The translations under genes were made by a program, and so were the position numbers. Below, one piece after another: positions 48,001-50,309 of a stretch of 50,378 bases of DNA. The stretch is from NCBI GenBank assembly GCA_043732015.1, contig JAYTIE010000261.1:1-50378 (forward strand), given 5' to 3'. The stretch's first letter is position 1. Every line of letters starts with the position of its first letter. Under the pieces are notes generated by a model that was not told the DNA's origin, did not search any database, and was given only the letters and a program-made list of their open reading frames with translations. The stretch comes from Elusimicrobiota bacterium. GTDB taxonomy: Bacteria > Elusimicrobiota > Elusimicrobia > F11.

Positions 48001-50282
48001 AGCTGCCGAACCATGAGACTGTTGTCCCCCCCATAGATTGTTAGCCGGGAGCTGCTGCTCTCGGCCTTATCTCCTCGAACGGCCGTCCAGATGAACGCAA
48101 CGATGGAGACAACCAGAAGGAGAAGAAGGGCCACATGAAAGATATTCCATCCGCTGACAAACAGGGCGCCCCCATTTCCGGCCATTACAAAGTCCGGATT
48201 GAACACGACGGCTGCGAAGGCCATGGCCATGCGTGTCGGCGCAGGGATTCGACCAAAAAGTTTCCAGACTCCAAGGGTGAAGGCCGCCCCGGCATCGGCG
48301 ATGCTTCCCACCATCCCCGCCACCCGGAAGAACGTCTGGTAGGCCCCGGTGATCAAAACTGAAAACCGGATCTTTCCATCGAGAACCGAATCTTTCGCGA
48401 GAGGATCCCCCTTCTTCAGCTCGTTGGAGACCACAAGAGGAACCACGGCATTTCGATTCGAAACCGTCACATCCGTTTGACCCCGCTTGTCTCGCAGCCT
48501 GCCCATCGCCTGCAGGATGGCGAGGAACGTTCCTTCGGTCCGTGCGGCCCCGGTGGCGCCGAGGTTTCCAAGCGCTTCCATTTCCGGGGCGATAAAGAGT
48601 TTTTCTCCGGCGAAAAGCCGGTCGAGCGGCGTCTTTTCCCGCGCGAAGACCGAAAGGTATCCGCTGGCGTCCGACAGGTCCACGTGCGTTACGCGCGGCG
48701 TCGCGACCGCATGCGAAATGCCGCGCTCGCGAAGAAGGCGGCTCAGGTCCGGCGTGTGAAAGCCGCCCGCAATCAGAACCATCGGCGCGTTGCCCTTTCG
48801 GGCTTTCATCACCGCGGCGACCATGGTGCGGCTTCGCTGATCCGCCTCGGTGTAAAAAGACTCGAACGGCGCGAGCGACAGTTTCTCAAACAATTGCGAG
48901 ACAGGTTCCGCAGCAGCGGCGGGCTTCAGCTCACGGTACTCGCGCCAGTCTGAGGGAGTCAGAGCAAACTGGATCAGCTTCTCCGTCAGTCGAAGGCGGC
49001 TGGAGAGATCACAGAGCGCGCGGTCTTCCGTGTTCCGGGACAGTTTCTGGACAACTTCGGCTTCCGCGTTGTGAACTGCCGCGAAAAGCTCCTCCGCATC
49101 GATACCATCGGCAAGCAGGGCGTATTTGACGAACTCGTCGAAGGAAGGATAGGACGAAAGGGAAAGGCCGGCGGACTCACAAAGGGTTTTCAATTCGGAA
49201 TAGTACTGGCCGAATGACACCCGGCCTGAGCGGTACGCGAGACTGAATTCAAGAAGGCGCTGGAGTTCCTTGGTCGAGAGGCGCACGGCCAGCTTCTCGA
49301 CGACCGTGCGACGTTCCCGGTCAACGCGGTCAAAATCCAGACGGGCCTCAATGTCAGCAGCGACAAGAAAACGTTCGAGCGAAAGTTCCGGCTCGACGTT
49401 GAATGCAACCAGCCGGCGCGCGTAAGCCGCAAGGCCAAGCTTGCCTCGGTGGTGCGCGTCACGCGCGTTTTCAAAATCCTGAAGCGCCGCCGGAAGGTGC
49501 GCCGCACGCGCTTTCTCAATAGACGATCTGACGCGCGCGAGGGAAGCCGTTGTCTCCGCTTGAAGAGCGTGCGCCTGAAGGTAGGCGGCGCGGTTGGCAT
49601 CGTAATGCGCGCGGTCGTCAATTCCGAAAAATTTGGGAAGCGGATCCGAAAGAGTCAGTCCGAGGTAAGACGGCGCCGCGATGCGGTTCTCAGCGAGGAA
49701 AGCATTGGCCAGCTCTTCGGTGTCCTTCGACGAACCGCGGAAGTTCGAGAAATCAAAATCTCCGAAAGCGCCTTCGACGCCGATCAGGCGGATGCCTTTT
49801 TCCGTCACCAGAGTCCGGACGGTTTTCGCGATGTTCCCTTGCGCCTCGGCGTTCAGGTGAACGTCCTGAACGATGAGAACGGGAGCGCCGCCCTGTCCCG
49901 CGTAAGCGGACCGAACCGTGGCCAACGTCGAGGGAATGGCGGCGATGAGATCGGTGAGCGCGCGCGGAGCGCTGGCCGTCAGCCGACCGCTGTGGGGAGA
50001 TTGATCAGGCCGGAAAGATGCGGGTCCTGCGGCGGGAAGCGTGTCCAGAAGCCGTTTTGGAGAAATGGCCATCGGCGTCGGAAGGGAGGCGAGTTGGACG
50101 CTTTTTTGTACTGAAGATTTCCGGCGCTGGTCCCAGACCTGGCCGTAGCCCTCCGCTTCCGCCAACGGAAGACCGGCGACCTCATAGAGCATGACCCCGC
50201 ACAAAATGAGCGAGAGACATTTCCTGAACGAAAACGCTGTTTTATTGAAACGAATGTTCATCAAGGATGACCTTGAGAACAA
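27042..50282 (-). CDS. Giant multidomain, multi-pass membrane protein A (complete ORF, 7,746 codons as tracked)
   Basis: ORF-track entry with TAA stop at 27042-27044. The tracked start at 50282 is TTG. The first ATG is at 50261 (MNIRFNKTAFSFRK...) and aligns better with the N-terminus of paralog B, so it is the more likely start. An open frame of this length in GC-rich DNA, the recognisable domain content and the paralogy to gene B all support a real gene. Confidence 0.93.
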   Translation of the reverse strand: MFSRSSLMNIRFNKTAFSFRKCLSLILCGVMLYEVAGLPLAEAEGYGQVWDQRRKSSVQKSVQLASLPTPMAISPKRLLDTLPAAGPASFRPDQSPHSGRLTASAPRALTDLIAAIPSTLATVRSAYAGQGGAPVLIVQDVHLNAEAQGNIAKTVRTLVTEKGIRLIGVEGAFGDFDFSNFRGSSKDTEELANAFLAENRIAAPSYLGLTLSDPLPKFFGIDDRAHYDANRAAYLQAHALQAETTASLARVRSSIEKARAAHLPAALQDFENARDAHHRGKLGLAAYARRLVAFNVEPELSLERFLVAADIEARLDFDRVDRERRTVVEKLAVRLSTKELQRLLEFSLAYRSGRVSFGQYYSELKTLCESAGLSLSSYPSFDEFVKYALLADGIDAEELFAAVHNAEAEVVQKLSRNTEDRALCDLSSRLRLTEKLIQFALTPSDWREYRELKPAAAAEPVSQLFEKLSLAPFESFYTEADQRSRTMVAAVMKARKGNAPMVLIAGGFHTPDLSRLLRERGISHAVATPRVTHVDLSDASGYLSVFAREKTPLDRLFAGEKLFIAPEMEALGNLGATGAARTEGTFLAILQAMGRLRDKRGQTDVTVSNRNAVVPLVVSNELKKGDPLAKDSVLDGKIRFSVLITGAYQTFFRVAGMVGSIADAGAAFTLGVWKLFGRIPAPTRMAMAFAAVVFNPDFVMAGNGGALFVSGWNIFHVALLLLLVVSIVAFIWTAVRGDKAESSSSRLTIYGGDNSLMVRQLESRDLPSSMMLPHVGVSHDLTPAIVVEATDLLHDAASGSVPIVSGYNMGTVAVNSALSQEHALGLGTWVNEWANDLIFVGVDMSGFNATPVHRGSPFFDPIPLNNVGLPVSEGQVMGQSVPGVYFAGVTPNTNQAVITGIPQGTNVEVVQISNGRWLRDPVPVKADASNSITVPIAAGADRIEIRPATPLSQPPVILFGTTSEKTVPPQNESPFKNQPAEEETPALHDPRVFDTTRLKIRKPGPRFDTGGNAGSISQKELPKTAPLAITAPGETLKVDEARANEGDVIAFERVGLADDAVRGAVLRARIPPAVTNGTITGLPNGTEVAVIGKDAAGRESLRYQARVVNGEVLLPRFAEGTAEIILSVTRGGQRVDGLSPSIRVGTGEVAPPSEQRRPQPMSMSVLGSKGAYFFNTDLLGSNLDEMLGDVISNPLTTPFIAGSRTDVPFNVRQVDSVLASAGLGLRDLHLADMIVMPIQFPIATRAVEDVILPGQEHIPIYYQEVDSSPGRVIPYEQAPQWWRDICETRGYSTLNPPTGLPGKVVYGLPKARQIGAIEIPVNVDMDVAPPSDKGFDQVELRRAAEGQYEARVPFAAKGIVVAGVPANVRVIVIQMLNDTEISRSRVNSGRGGDLVIEKDVTANKLKIEIESGGKPADAENLRLLVPKDGSEAPRSSLDALSDAVAPSLSPLAAAVIEGANADALSNFIGRYAIFVGHGAARFASPDMTFLDQSLLDDVLVASSPLGTAVPSGAKAMDVVSQAGTAVAEAVTSFFSDSGTVTFSSAFKASFTNPSAELRIVNAPDVTQVQLTVTLEDGSVFQTDTINVSDLNNFSFRLEGVKSIKVSAVRDGVVSNEPLRIEAIGREALASDQSSQKQELVSQSLSANYLITTTRNVLTFTSDGRTVVAKGGTKTVVAVLPEGPATGFGTVGGATSGSPSGGGGLANAAAGASSFGKPLDNLNFPIFYEMEVAPPGAIEDGPLVVPENALVLNRVGVGEYELDLPKEFTGGTLVGVPNGSDLTIIGYDAAGKEIFRQEIEKAPGRTEFRIEIFPKKIRVIIMKDEKRVDTDDKTLILIPKSASKDGGKKAGEKVGAADERQSLEQNLEDAGEQPQIGNPIPGVAPEDAKPEAQGEAVYSDGKTSMTNRERVALALTVVVTAVAASSVFGRGNSGPGVGTSSQGAGSTEGLGNTTWLTLVPEDNTTLSVPLTNEQAGSGLFVVIAVPEGQSLRFRFTLNGQVVSEKLSAPGANGTFEVAVPSGRFDKFSVTRLNSAGGLADLLVGDVAFVYLNGTRPSASAVSKPTATQTTPLTMYEFLVLWELMTYQTFIDQYLPGRLRTLYGNGEADIELFSGIRVRIKLISYPQPGGSPSPKTASPASGQSGTPPVQEKPREQPSLGYVIPYSFDIEKPGTPDEGPEGAFGDLVFRPVENQPGTYEARVPVTLEAATIRAVPQGTKLVITGFDANGKQVWTETIENAGGDVRVEIVLGTNKITVKLTDKNGNAVPLPGNFRIFPTDPRKKQGNKTEDRRPLQLVPDQKNGNAATESDAAEIAAGINVEGNIDSEDSQPASNTEGSSTSGLALIGAAALSLLGVALTATKKAAEKVMKTEADTVERPTAPRRTRTRTSTTRPQVRDREMHFYFSTRYGLDYLETWEGRDGLRKDPRLLDSPEGQRWLSTRRGERWLRSADGAAYLASNRGIVFLGTASGRRFLSSYIGGEWLRTAPGRIWLGTPAGFNWLATRAGAAWLSMPSNNWIPTGEGLRFLQTEAGHRWLLTAGEGWLNTRLGQIFLASAESNSFLSSRYGGQWLSGISGQIWLGTPQGFQWLATNSGRLWIESNDAAGFRATPLFRAYISSAFGQGWLSSEFGQAWLTDAAYSTTEIAAAFRSTDQFSRILRTPAGTDWLLSTVGISWISSTDGHLWFTSEAGIAFLGSAVTPRARAAASRVSLGRDATMADLLSSLLGRAWAEKTLPASITEAPKKPASAQRESLVLPAIYVSVFAFFSLGASSPFGIMSVGVVTMVLIAASIFLSALLLVRWAVRSNRAARSDTGAPLTAPRLDIRTRFWYTIVVAAALMLTAAGLANAPTITFTVLGAIAAFVVTSVIWRPLGFAVVQAVSRVLHRQRKETVAAIILAITGTIFMPQLPTFSSLRNEFSPAAQQAAPLPRAPPIGNPDMARKGIPYVTGIPAIPIDQRRLELGSLDATLPKAYLDSAIVQARVKELQASLDKMNAGAVPISTLGNADTANVLMTFDVALNGRQQIGGKSVEEARKEFLQLVRRIPKHDGGPVVSFFATPGPVVPGKKPYEMHRAFEQKVRAGETIQLAKTAMMLWALSEPGAERTELFSMARSAMDFLVDMQDPETGELMFSTARQGPTGEFQITFTGLVRSFALATGEDRYMDAYSAAARRLVSAHYDGRGFTAGTKDSAGFQNAEDLDPWALSELGPDALVEIFARVDQITVSEAIIRVRRLIQNLQAQPRDLIVADWYVSRTNGLRWGAAWLDNEAKNTTNAEADALRREAADARTGADRLTRLLFSLPLMPAAKGRGMAYSYQIKTGAVDRFDAASWQPAVGSTLPFLNFSAPDGTARTAMTYLLALRQGHDLAAPVDPTTGRLIDWAGLKGAAQQEAGRVAGTPAVFAHGSGTPFRLEKAEDLARQSLSVRRAVRELLNDIDGRKTFLAGVEILPNGEIGRRFQRADSLPAMAFKVPYDRVRTGAPTETEVAAGIRWFRGDKGYAYLISPIPGGTVLLIVIPPEGASVRSNPENWNQILTSPGMSEVPFSSTKRMMGQLVLLGRVSGMVMEIPVDAPSGYLGKVTPRAQQLTDPADRLMAENLIREMELEARFAQGVGRQKLLDYASSLRRAWLAETVTGERHEDYPVLREIRTELQKETFGTPRQKQLMEDYRQARIDLWWLADHRAKLNQAMEKAEIPTEQELAISGIPTIQPFGPLVGQLMVEARIAGIRERLNAAQNIIRFGQESNHFRDPVTGRFNVVASKGGVARARQSLTGIDAEIGRLRGAVGDNTAQISALTAARQRISGAIEWAVTRGYSEVTSGINNFERIYLELDELIQNLYREVRDPATTAGRRDAAIAELAEISATESWKTKTTRYALFYGTSQSLRDLAAYRKAQIGPSANHRGFPSVFGASPILPTPTDVRFGRQTPVTEGYRLDSRGLTVAAITEGQGAQTVRFLRFQDILGAVEGELRGEDIRINGVLLKNAELPLSSDARITGKNLVFVRFQNGQMATRPHNIFESRDLIVRDATRLTTDGTAPTVKNFFERVEARYKEGALKTRMERTSAPDRPGVVSLTNRDGYQYQEKYNVPVWENPDAYLVERSRGADWVENHSQQFFNVKTGRTVSGHIEIRVGGFLVKTMDKTGVDKAGRVTYAVKEMHREVQPGGAVVSVTHNEYSATYEGRFLHSTFHPDRNEFVFRDVGKERALFERTGEEFDLRAATVYKDPANGKMTMKVRHNVDIELDPDDRFVGLTETQVLAGATRDAASSSAPLPDTVSAIIARDAGKQLPVLPAGQVHEWKIIRSGPVAGNLNNFYGDSVDPVREIETPEILTVVSHEPVATPLGRIVIGREIGRTSYRKTPTGQFTLQDGTLSALATIDVPTAAGELRMPFGAPVLEGKTLKQGAAQGPLATAQWDTRARAIVRSVGGAFLMDQAPATHTNGRVFVLNEKRLVVGLNENASQEVQEVDPKGRAVAVYQVIRPRNDGIRAEHYRLFMTGSQWDNDLQLWIAGESEMQSYVVATANPDRPAEMVAPSYRTVEKSKSGKALDFDPLMPDEASGPLVRRTFESKHPILGDTLGRPQTRVFDAGGRVVSITKSIENAESVIYFPREDTMALRNVHAASTNIKLPASNFADTAFVAVSVKSGKRDGLRMIFTDGTNMVVIGKDGNGSFYSTEEAASAAYSIKNGDKVVQASMVPMRDNVRAVDHPSGSDIVIVPVADLLLLGLDVTKITSVTLENNEGNIDAVSDLRRFRLPGDATVEGTPLGRSVVEVDGQKKISKTAGPVVVTRGSRGNTVIEYGPADSRISEVWVWGELMERTFNVREGNQVRPVTVRFVAAPDAALTQPFAMYDSPTGWQSALLVDSSNLQAVVQQSIGNGYQGVKLEVHIRYEIYIENGEIISAPYVTLYNPYTFIYTRLHNGILPRKNIPANAYNALLRHLGVTDPFIAPYLKTVDVALLDAAGRKDAIAAHFPIYGHQRNPVPKASDAAVKGSMPNRGTAANSSPVIVDQILGKALTNPTGLPATQTGNEVSDLAYAERLQLYFAAVTDTKDEAAATQAFLPIWNRLKEGREPAFSAYNVMHGSPEERNIEYNVPGMAEKKILPQFAFADVGLRYWAKTGDERGLQLFFRMFRHGLDYRSKVNGKNGFVHWEPGEPLIVAGLPNAYRPPDGYLTVDNVKAYFYLKNFQAVLNQMKAQAIGNPVMQATIERNAAEIDLAVKKQEEWLRKYVVDRPHGFLTPARLREQRDYRGLDQLPNPSDVSLIVEELRTEAESSMLMILAKKRMGGYSDEVLRHDLDEALSVFGVWVQGPNGRRLYGLTWGMPTSVREGLSPEMTALLLMTASEIHHDNAAALARMSLNSIPLQNGLFPEIVGIDANSVPLKTGISTGEGQIIFPTSETTPPPLMIGDAQAPSALQPDRTAELEKTPRRFEGQPFVTLAVNLAENGNNPLSPIVLGNQAKAQLAAGQNAVLNDPTLDLSEKIVDQPVQRLWNVMWNNVNSVSITIKVIIVKYALLFFWTILTWLAFRGMRITINGRTIAKIDGYRSQFLNWEVPPEMIAALNGRDPQQVYRGWLNDFATDILGVDHWFGDFSIVLKQEGGVNKASAESLFLFNLLITYLTLRAFHDTTPVPGAPAEATPTQAEIRALVYGIQDDFAKRLIQLGKGENPEEVNQLVYDDREIFLYEIREELRARLAVRVGMNPRPTFWNRTRGQLTAENTPSLETTLNRVGMVKGEGGVFTFDGDTYEKSLNKWKRTEPLSSLGTGSIHSMLKLSMHVFFYVFWALLLIAAFHGVMTFGVDPWLETIPTAISMAQNVWGTRLLMGGLAAGVVFRLLAYRSPNLSTLTPGVVRLLSRRRLARMGSGLSLIASIIGIMFISPPTLDMGIIQFAFSGALAAQAIVRLVWDQSLIGNTLKWMFSFAASWSGMMGTIMFHQRLLLFFAIAVPLGMNVWPFFYASYTSAQSIGIFASVAGFAVAALLPGLYKKLTWGTVGNFLVTGAGVTTWLVLGQGLTLHLSLGLGIGAGIVSAALINFLGFVGRELGLKGVKGLKLGLPSLADYRWIPMKHVIATGLLIQFWISFYFNHEVRMMVAGMGLILTLILSRYANKILLTFFAGIVILYKELITTPFKLRTVPSMIGYSLFSVGLLAGAGWLFLLTASPLILIAQWSVGILAVNVAVFVVIALIQKAYRAVNREPRDGFALTVMAGLDSLASPAFLAAAYVNGNPNADSTTKLVMENWTRYRQAKSRALYLWAYANSELLERAAIGYGIPGQLFRGWPIKALNEKMADAVISRLFNELHELEISADFPLYDPDIQLWNPNTPQPFSLRRPSQTDEDRRRLVLAHRTRRWMIDVLSTSKGGSAYDTAISMVEGVKVWRAEKDRNPALFAKKYLIPFNFVLTAGQDPRMVDNEMRQRQKLIDLMNFIAGEGEQVAVAGQLVPIEQTTPEMRQAAGLEPIASGVKVAGNFMAKAVAMQGVSYLFLQSSNLKFDQANILAVKDRNGVSDDPYEELRDEMDIMGDKSLGSIFPDRDTKLGPQTGGDFSLNPKYGEGGMSTIQRALLAVYNTEALAPGWEFRESIEGMTKLPVRLSMDPLYPTKPLTRRLRDRIGTWYSNWDNAYGSVGAWINLLFQSEDYGSSLAVAQTERDIGVMMWRRMSNLLYRKMREGGPSYQLNAARWRWVMGLLQLLASTFIRIIYIHAPISFYDKESRGDGEEYYLLSPLIMANITLMGMLILLNWTSFVGIDAVWFLYGSLAMLVLAVHGMIRAIRLTGPITGPAKWLSEWWTGITVWAGGVNTENAAMNQGLVLGLNWNYSFNPSAPPVLTIDNSWQYFQEQMANPSMAGRFKMARMAFAEQAVSGLIYMGFYYAALMNLDVLNVVLLYLPLLVISGLLLANYVNENVIGRKGVLHWMFKPLGLISGVLISGLIFVAYGILPGASVYAGLAIAIISGFYVLAKALPRAAKGGHFSPNSISVFITSTLLALGVLTMDQFFLFTIGSWMAFFIGRTLINVGLWLFSVLTGLNVRGQKVPNLIKPLDKILRGSISWLAGREETRARYATILTRNTILGFVASLWLGIVPISGVVSYNIGDRVVPMPLADFVFGTLLIILVGVIIMNLGAMISWLVDRFVFAGRMKKLVKEEDYGRTTAGDRIRSSQVNSLWSAALSMIDVWGERIFSIYLRRIFLIIRGRGPASDTPGRANPRPAAPESTTPLPTEPEETAPVTLPVTTVNAAGATGLAAVMIGGVAITNTKQLFDVINGLSKQGQFDNYAFAILDALVNNDFEWTAEERLARAKVLYLAADLYSRSKNMREARRLLTIVYGELKDLPNPDQDVLTKMRDLIGHDVADAAKPIGKQEPAPKTVAERREKDETRTPPPARTASRTPVGSTVRNTGLLALLVILFGASGAQAAPLEGLGQAVVSAHFNPILILVAIASFVLILAYKFRARLFTAVAAIARAATSGGTKRIVPLPTNLMPPPSQDETLISRGKSVARLYSIASKPVADRSAEELLEAINIINGFPEEAPLGVGTAFDRPSADIGEFQGQLNGLRDQSLQAVMEGVDLAYNKKKPTSVENAIKETNKGDLFEKIILTPAGSSINDIVRKVRALNGQMGDRRFEVEVRLETDNESISVDDLAAALAAADLGFSFGVKTWASLPESADIAAGELMRLKDGSKAPFVRFMVSQGAILPENANAILQTLSSEMPDRLAILFILSDGAQAVNLNLTEFLDMKKFALIASQA
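27940..28095 (-). other. Gene A C-terminal pair of TM segments preceding a ~290-aa unassigned C-terminal domain
   Basis: NTGLLALLVILFGASGAQAA ... HFNPILILVAIASFVLILAYKF. The remaining 27042-27930 encodes a mixed alpha/beta sequence that I do not recognise. Confidence 0.55.
28885..30200 (-). other. Gene A polytopic TM bundle downstream of the synthase-like domain (about 10 TM segments)
   Basis: LLSPLIMANITLMGMLILLNW ... AVWFLYGSLAMLVLAVHGMI ... GLIYMGFYYAALMNLDVLNVVLLYLPLLVISGLLLA ... GLISGVLISGLIFVAYGIL ... YAGLAIAIISGFYVLA ... VFITSTLLALGVLTM ... FFLFTIGSWMAFFIG ... LINVGLWLFSVLTG ... ILGFVASLWLGIVPISGV ... FVFGTLLIILVGVIIMNLGAMISWLV. Confidence 0.75.
30200..31720 (-). other. Gene A cytosolic domain with FKS/GT48-like (processive beta-glucan synthase-like) motifs
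   Basis: Motifs in order: RRWMIDVLSTSKGGSAYDTAISMVEGVKVW; KYLIPFNFVLTAGQ; GNFMAKAVAMQGVSYLFLQSSNLKFDQANI (cf. QNHAIIFTRGE.LQTIDMNQDNY); LFQSEDYGSSL (SED at 30372-30380; cf. LSEDIFAG); SYQLNAARWRWVMG (approx 30225-30265; cf. GEQxLSRxxYxLG of GT48 and QxxRW of GT2). The domain sits between two TM bundles. It is weaker than the gene B counterpart. Confidence 0.42.
31725..32980 (-). other. Gene A polytopic TM bundle upstream of the synthase-like domain (about 10 or more TM segments)
   Basis: Near-continuous hydrophobic helices: HVFFYVFWALLLIAAFHG ... LLMGGLAAGVVFRLLAY ... GLSLIASIIGIMFI ... IIQFAFSGALAAQAIV ... LLLFFAIAVPLGMNVWPFFYA ... GIFASVAGFAVAALLPG ... LGLGIGAGIVSAALINFLGFV ... GWLFLLTASPLILIAQWSVGILAVNVAVFVVIALI. 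Confidence 0.75.
33695..33780 (-). other. Gene A single TM segment
   Basis: ITIKVIIVKYALLFFWTILTWLAFRG. Confidence 0.6.
34090..35200 (-). other. Gene A alpha/alpha-toroid-like module 2
   Basis: DVGLRYWAKTGDERGLQLFFRMFRHGLDYRSKVNGKNGFVHWEPG, VDNVKAYFYLKNFQAVL, RLYGLTWGMPTSVREGLSPEMTALLLMTASEI. The last element parallels the GYDF...ISFE.TAE element of the gene B toroid-like modules. Confidence 0.4.
35300..38600 (-). other. Gene A long beta-rich region with scattered YD/RHS-like hairpin motifs
   Basis: Alternating polar/hydrophobic short strands and D-x-x-G-R-h-h turns, e.g. MDKTGVDKAGRVTYAVKE, VDPKGRAVAVYQVIRP, VFDAGGRVVSITKSIENAESVIYF. No canonical domain recognised. Confidence 0.3.
38680..39535 (-). 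other. Gene A long alpha-helical, coiled-coil-like segment
   Basis: Charged, heptad-like, proline-poor stretches: LMAENLIREMELEARFAQGVGRQKLLDYASSLRRAW, EDYRQARIDLWWLADHRAKLNQAMEKAE, IDAEIGRLRGAVGDNTAQISALTAARQRISGAIEW, ERIYLELDELIQNLYREV. Confidence 0.45.
40150..41100 (-). other. Gene A alpha/alpha-toroid (six-hairpin)-like module 1
   Basis: Helix-rich with toroid-type features: TAMMLWALSEPGAERTELFSMARSAMDFLVDMQDPETGELMFS, DRYMDAYSAAARRLVSAHYDGRGFTAG, DLDPWALSELG. The element A..FL...Q....G is typical of alpha/alpha toroid repeats. Confidence 0.4.
41570..42025 (-). other. Gene A hydrophobic cluster (about 5-6 TM segments)
   Basis: LVLPAIYVSVFAFFSLGASSPFGIMSVGVVTMVLIAASIFLSALLLVRW ... FWYTIVVAAALMLTAAGLA ... 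ITFTVLGAIAAFVVTSVIW ... VAAIILAITGTIFMP. Confidence 0.65.
42200..42990 (-). repeat. Gene A array of about 26 nonapeptide repeats, consensus x-x-G-x-x-(W/F)-L-x-(S/T)
   Basis: RRGERWLRS ADGAAYLAS NRGIVFLGT ASGRRFLSS YIGGEWLRT APGRIWLGT PAGFNWLAT RAGAAWLSM ... ISGQIWLGT PQGFQWLAT NSGRLWIES ... PAGTDWLLS TVGISWISS TDGHLWFTS EAGIAFLGS (aa ~2431-2695). The period is 27 nt and the nucleotide level is degenerate. Confidence 0.85.
43205..43272 (-). other. Gene A single TM segment followed by a strongly basic stretch
   Basis: SGLALIGAAALSLLGVALTATKKAAEK, then ERPTAPRRTRTRTSTTRPQVRDRE. By the positive-inside rule the following repeat would be cytoplasmic. Confidence 0.6.
43450..47650 (-). repeat. Gene A region with 5 divergent copies of a ~95-aa beta-sandwich-like module plus one lectin/CBM-like module
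   Basis: Module positions are approx 47440-47650, 46850-47150, 46000-46285, 44765-45045 and 43450-43745. They share a pattern such as ..G.YEARVP....G.I.GVP.GT.V.I.G.DA.GKE........G....I.I....KI.V......V......L.L.P. Examples are GQYEARVPFAAKGIVVAGVPANVRVIVIQ, GEYELDLPKEFTGGTLVGVPNGSDLTIIGYDAAGKEIF and GTYEARVPVTLEAATIRAVPQGTKLVITGFDANGKQVW. An extra beta-rich module lies at 44128-44432. Conservation is at protein level only. Confidence 0.55.
44500..44560 (-). other. Gene A single TM segment
   Basis: RERVALALTVVVTAVAASSVFGRG. Confidence 0.55.
48078..48362 (-). other. Gene A hydrophobic cluster 1 (about 3-4 TM segments)
   Basis: SVLITGAYQTFFRVAGMVGSIADAGAAFTLGVWKLF ... AMAFAAVVFNPDFVMAGNGGALFVSGWNIFHVALLLLLVVSIVAFIWTAV (aa ~641-735). 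Confidence 0.65.
48588..49886 (-). other. Gene A TraB/GumN/TIKI-superfamily-like domain with a large helical insert (aa ~133-565)
   Basis: VLIVQDVH-LNAEAQ...IRLIGVEGAFG resembles the N-terminal hhhGTxH...hhhE signature. EADQRSRTMVAAVMKA resembles the central ERDxxM element. MVLIAGGFHTPDLSRLLRERGI resembles the C-terminal hhhGxxHxxGhxxxL signature. The family pattern is recalled from memory and no profile search was run. Confidence 0.5.
50154..50222 (-). other. Gene A N-terminal signal anchor or signal peptide
   Basis: Basic n-region (FSFRK) followed by the hydrophobic stretch CLSLILCGVMLYEVAGLPLAEA (aa ~21-43). Confidence 0.65.
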
Positions 50283-50309
50283 GGGTGACCAGGTGGGATT
50301 AAGAACGCC

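Noticed and set aside
1-50282. Genes A and B as one fused gene of more than 16,700 codons, interrupted by a sequencing error or a read-through stop
   Set aside because: B begins with its own basic n-region plus hydrophobic anchor and repeats the complete N-terminal TraB-like domain of A. That is what an independent paralog looks like, not an internal segment. The in-frame arrangement is noted as a finding but not adopted as the gene model.
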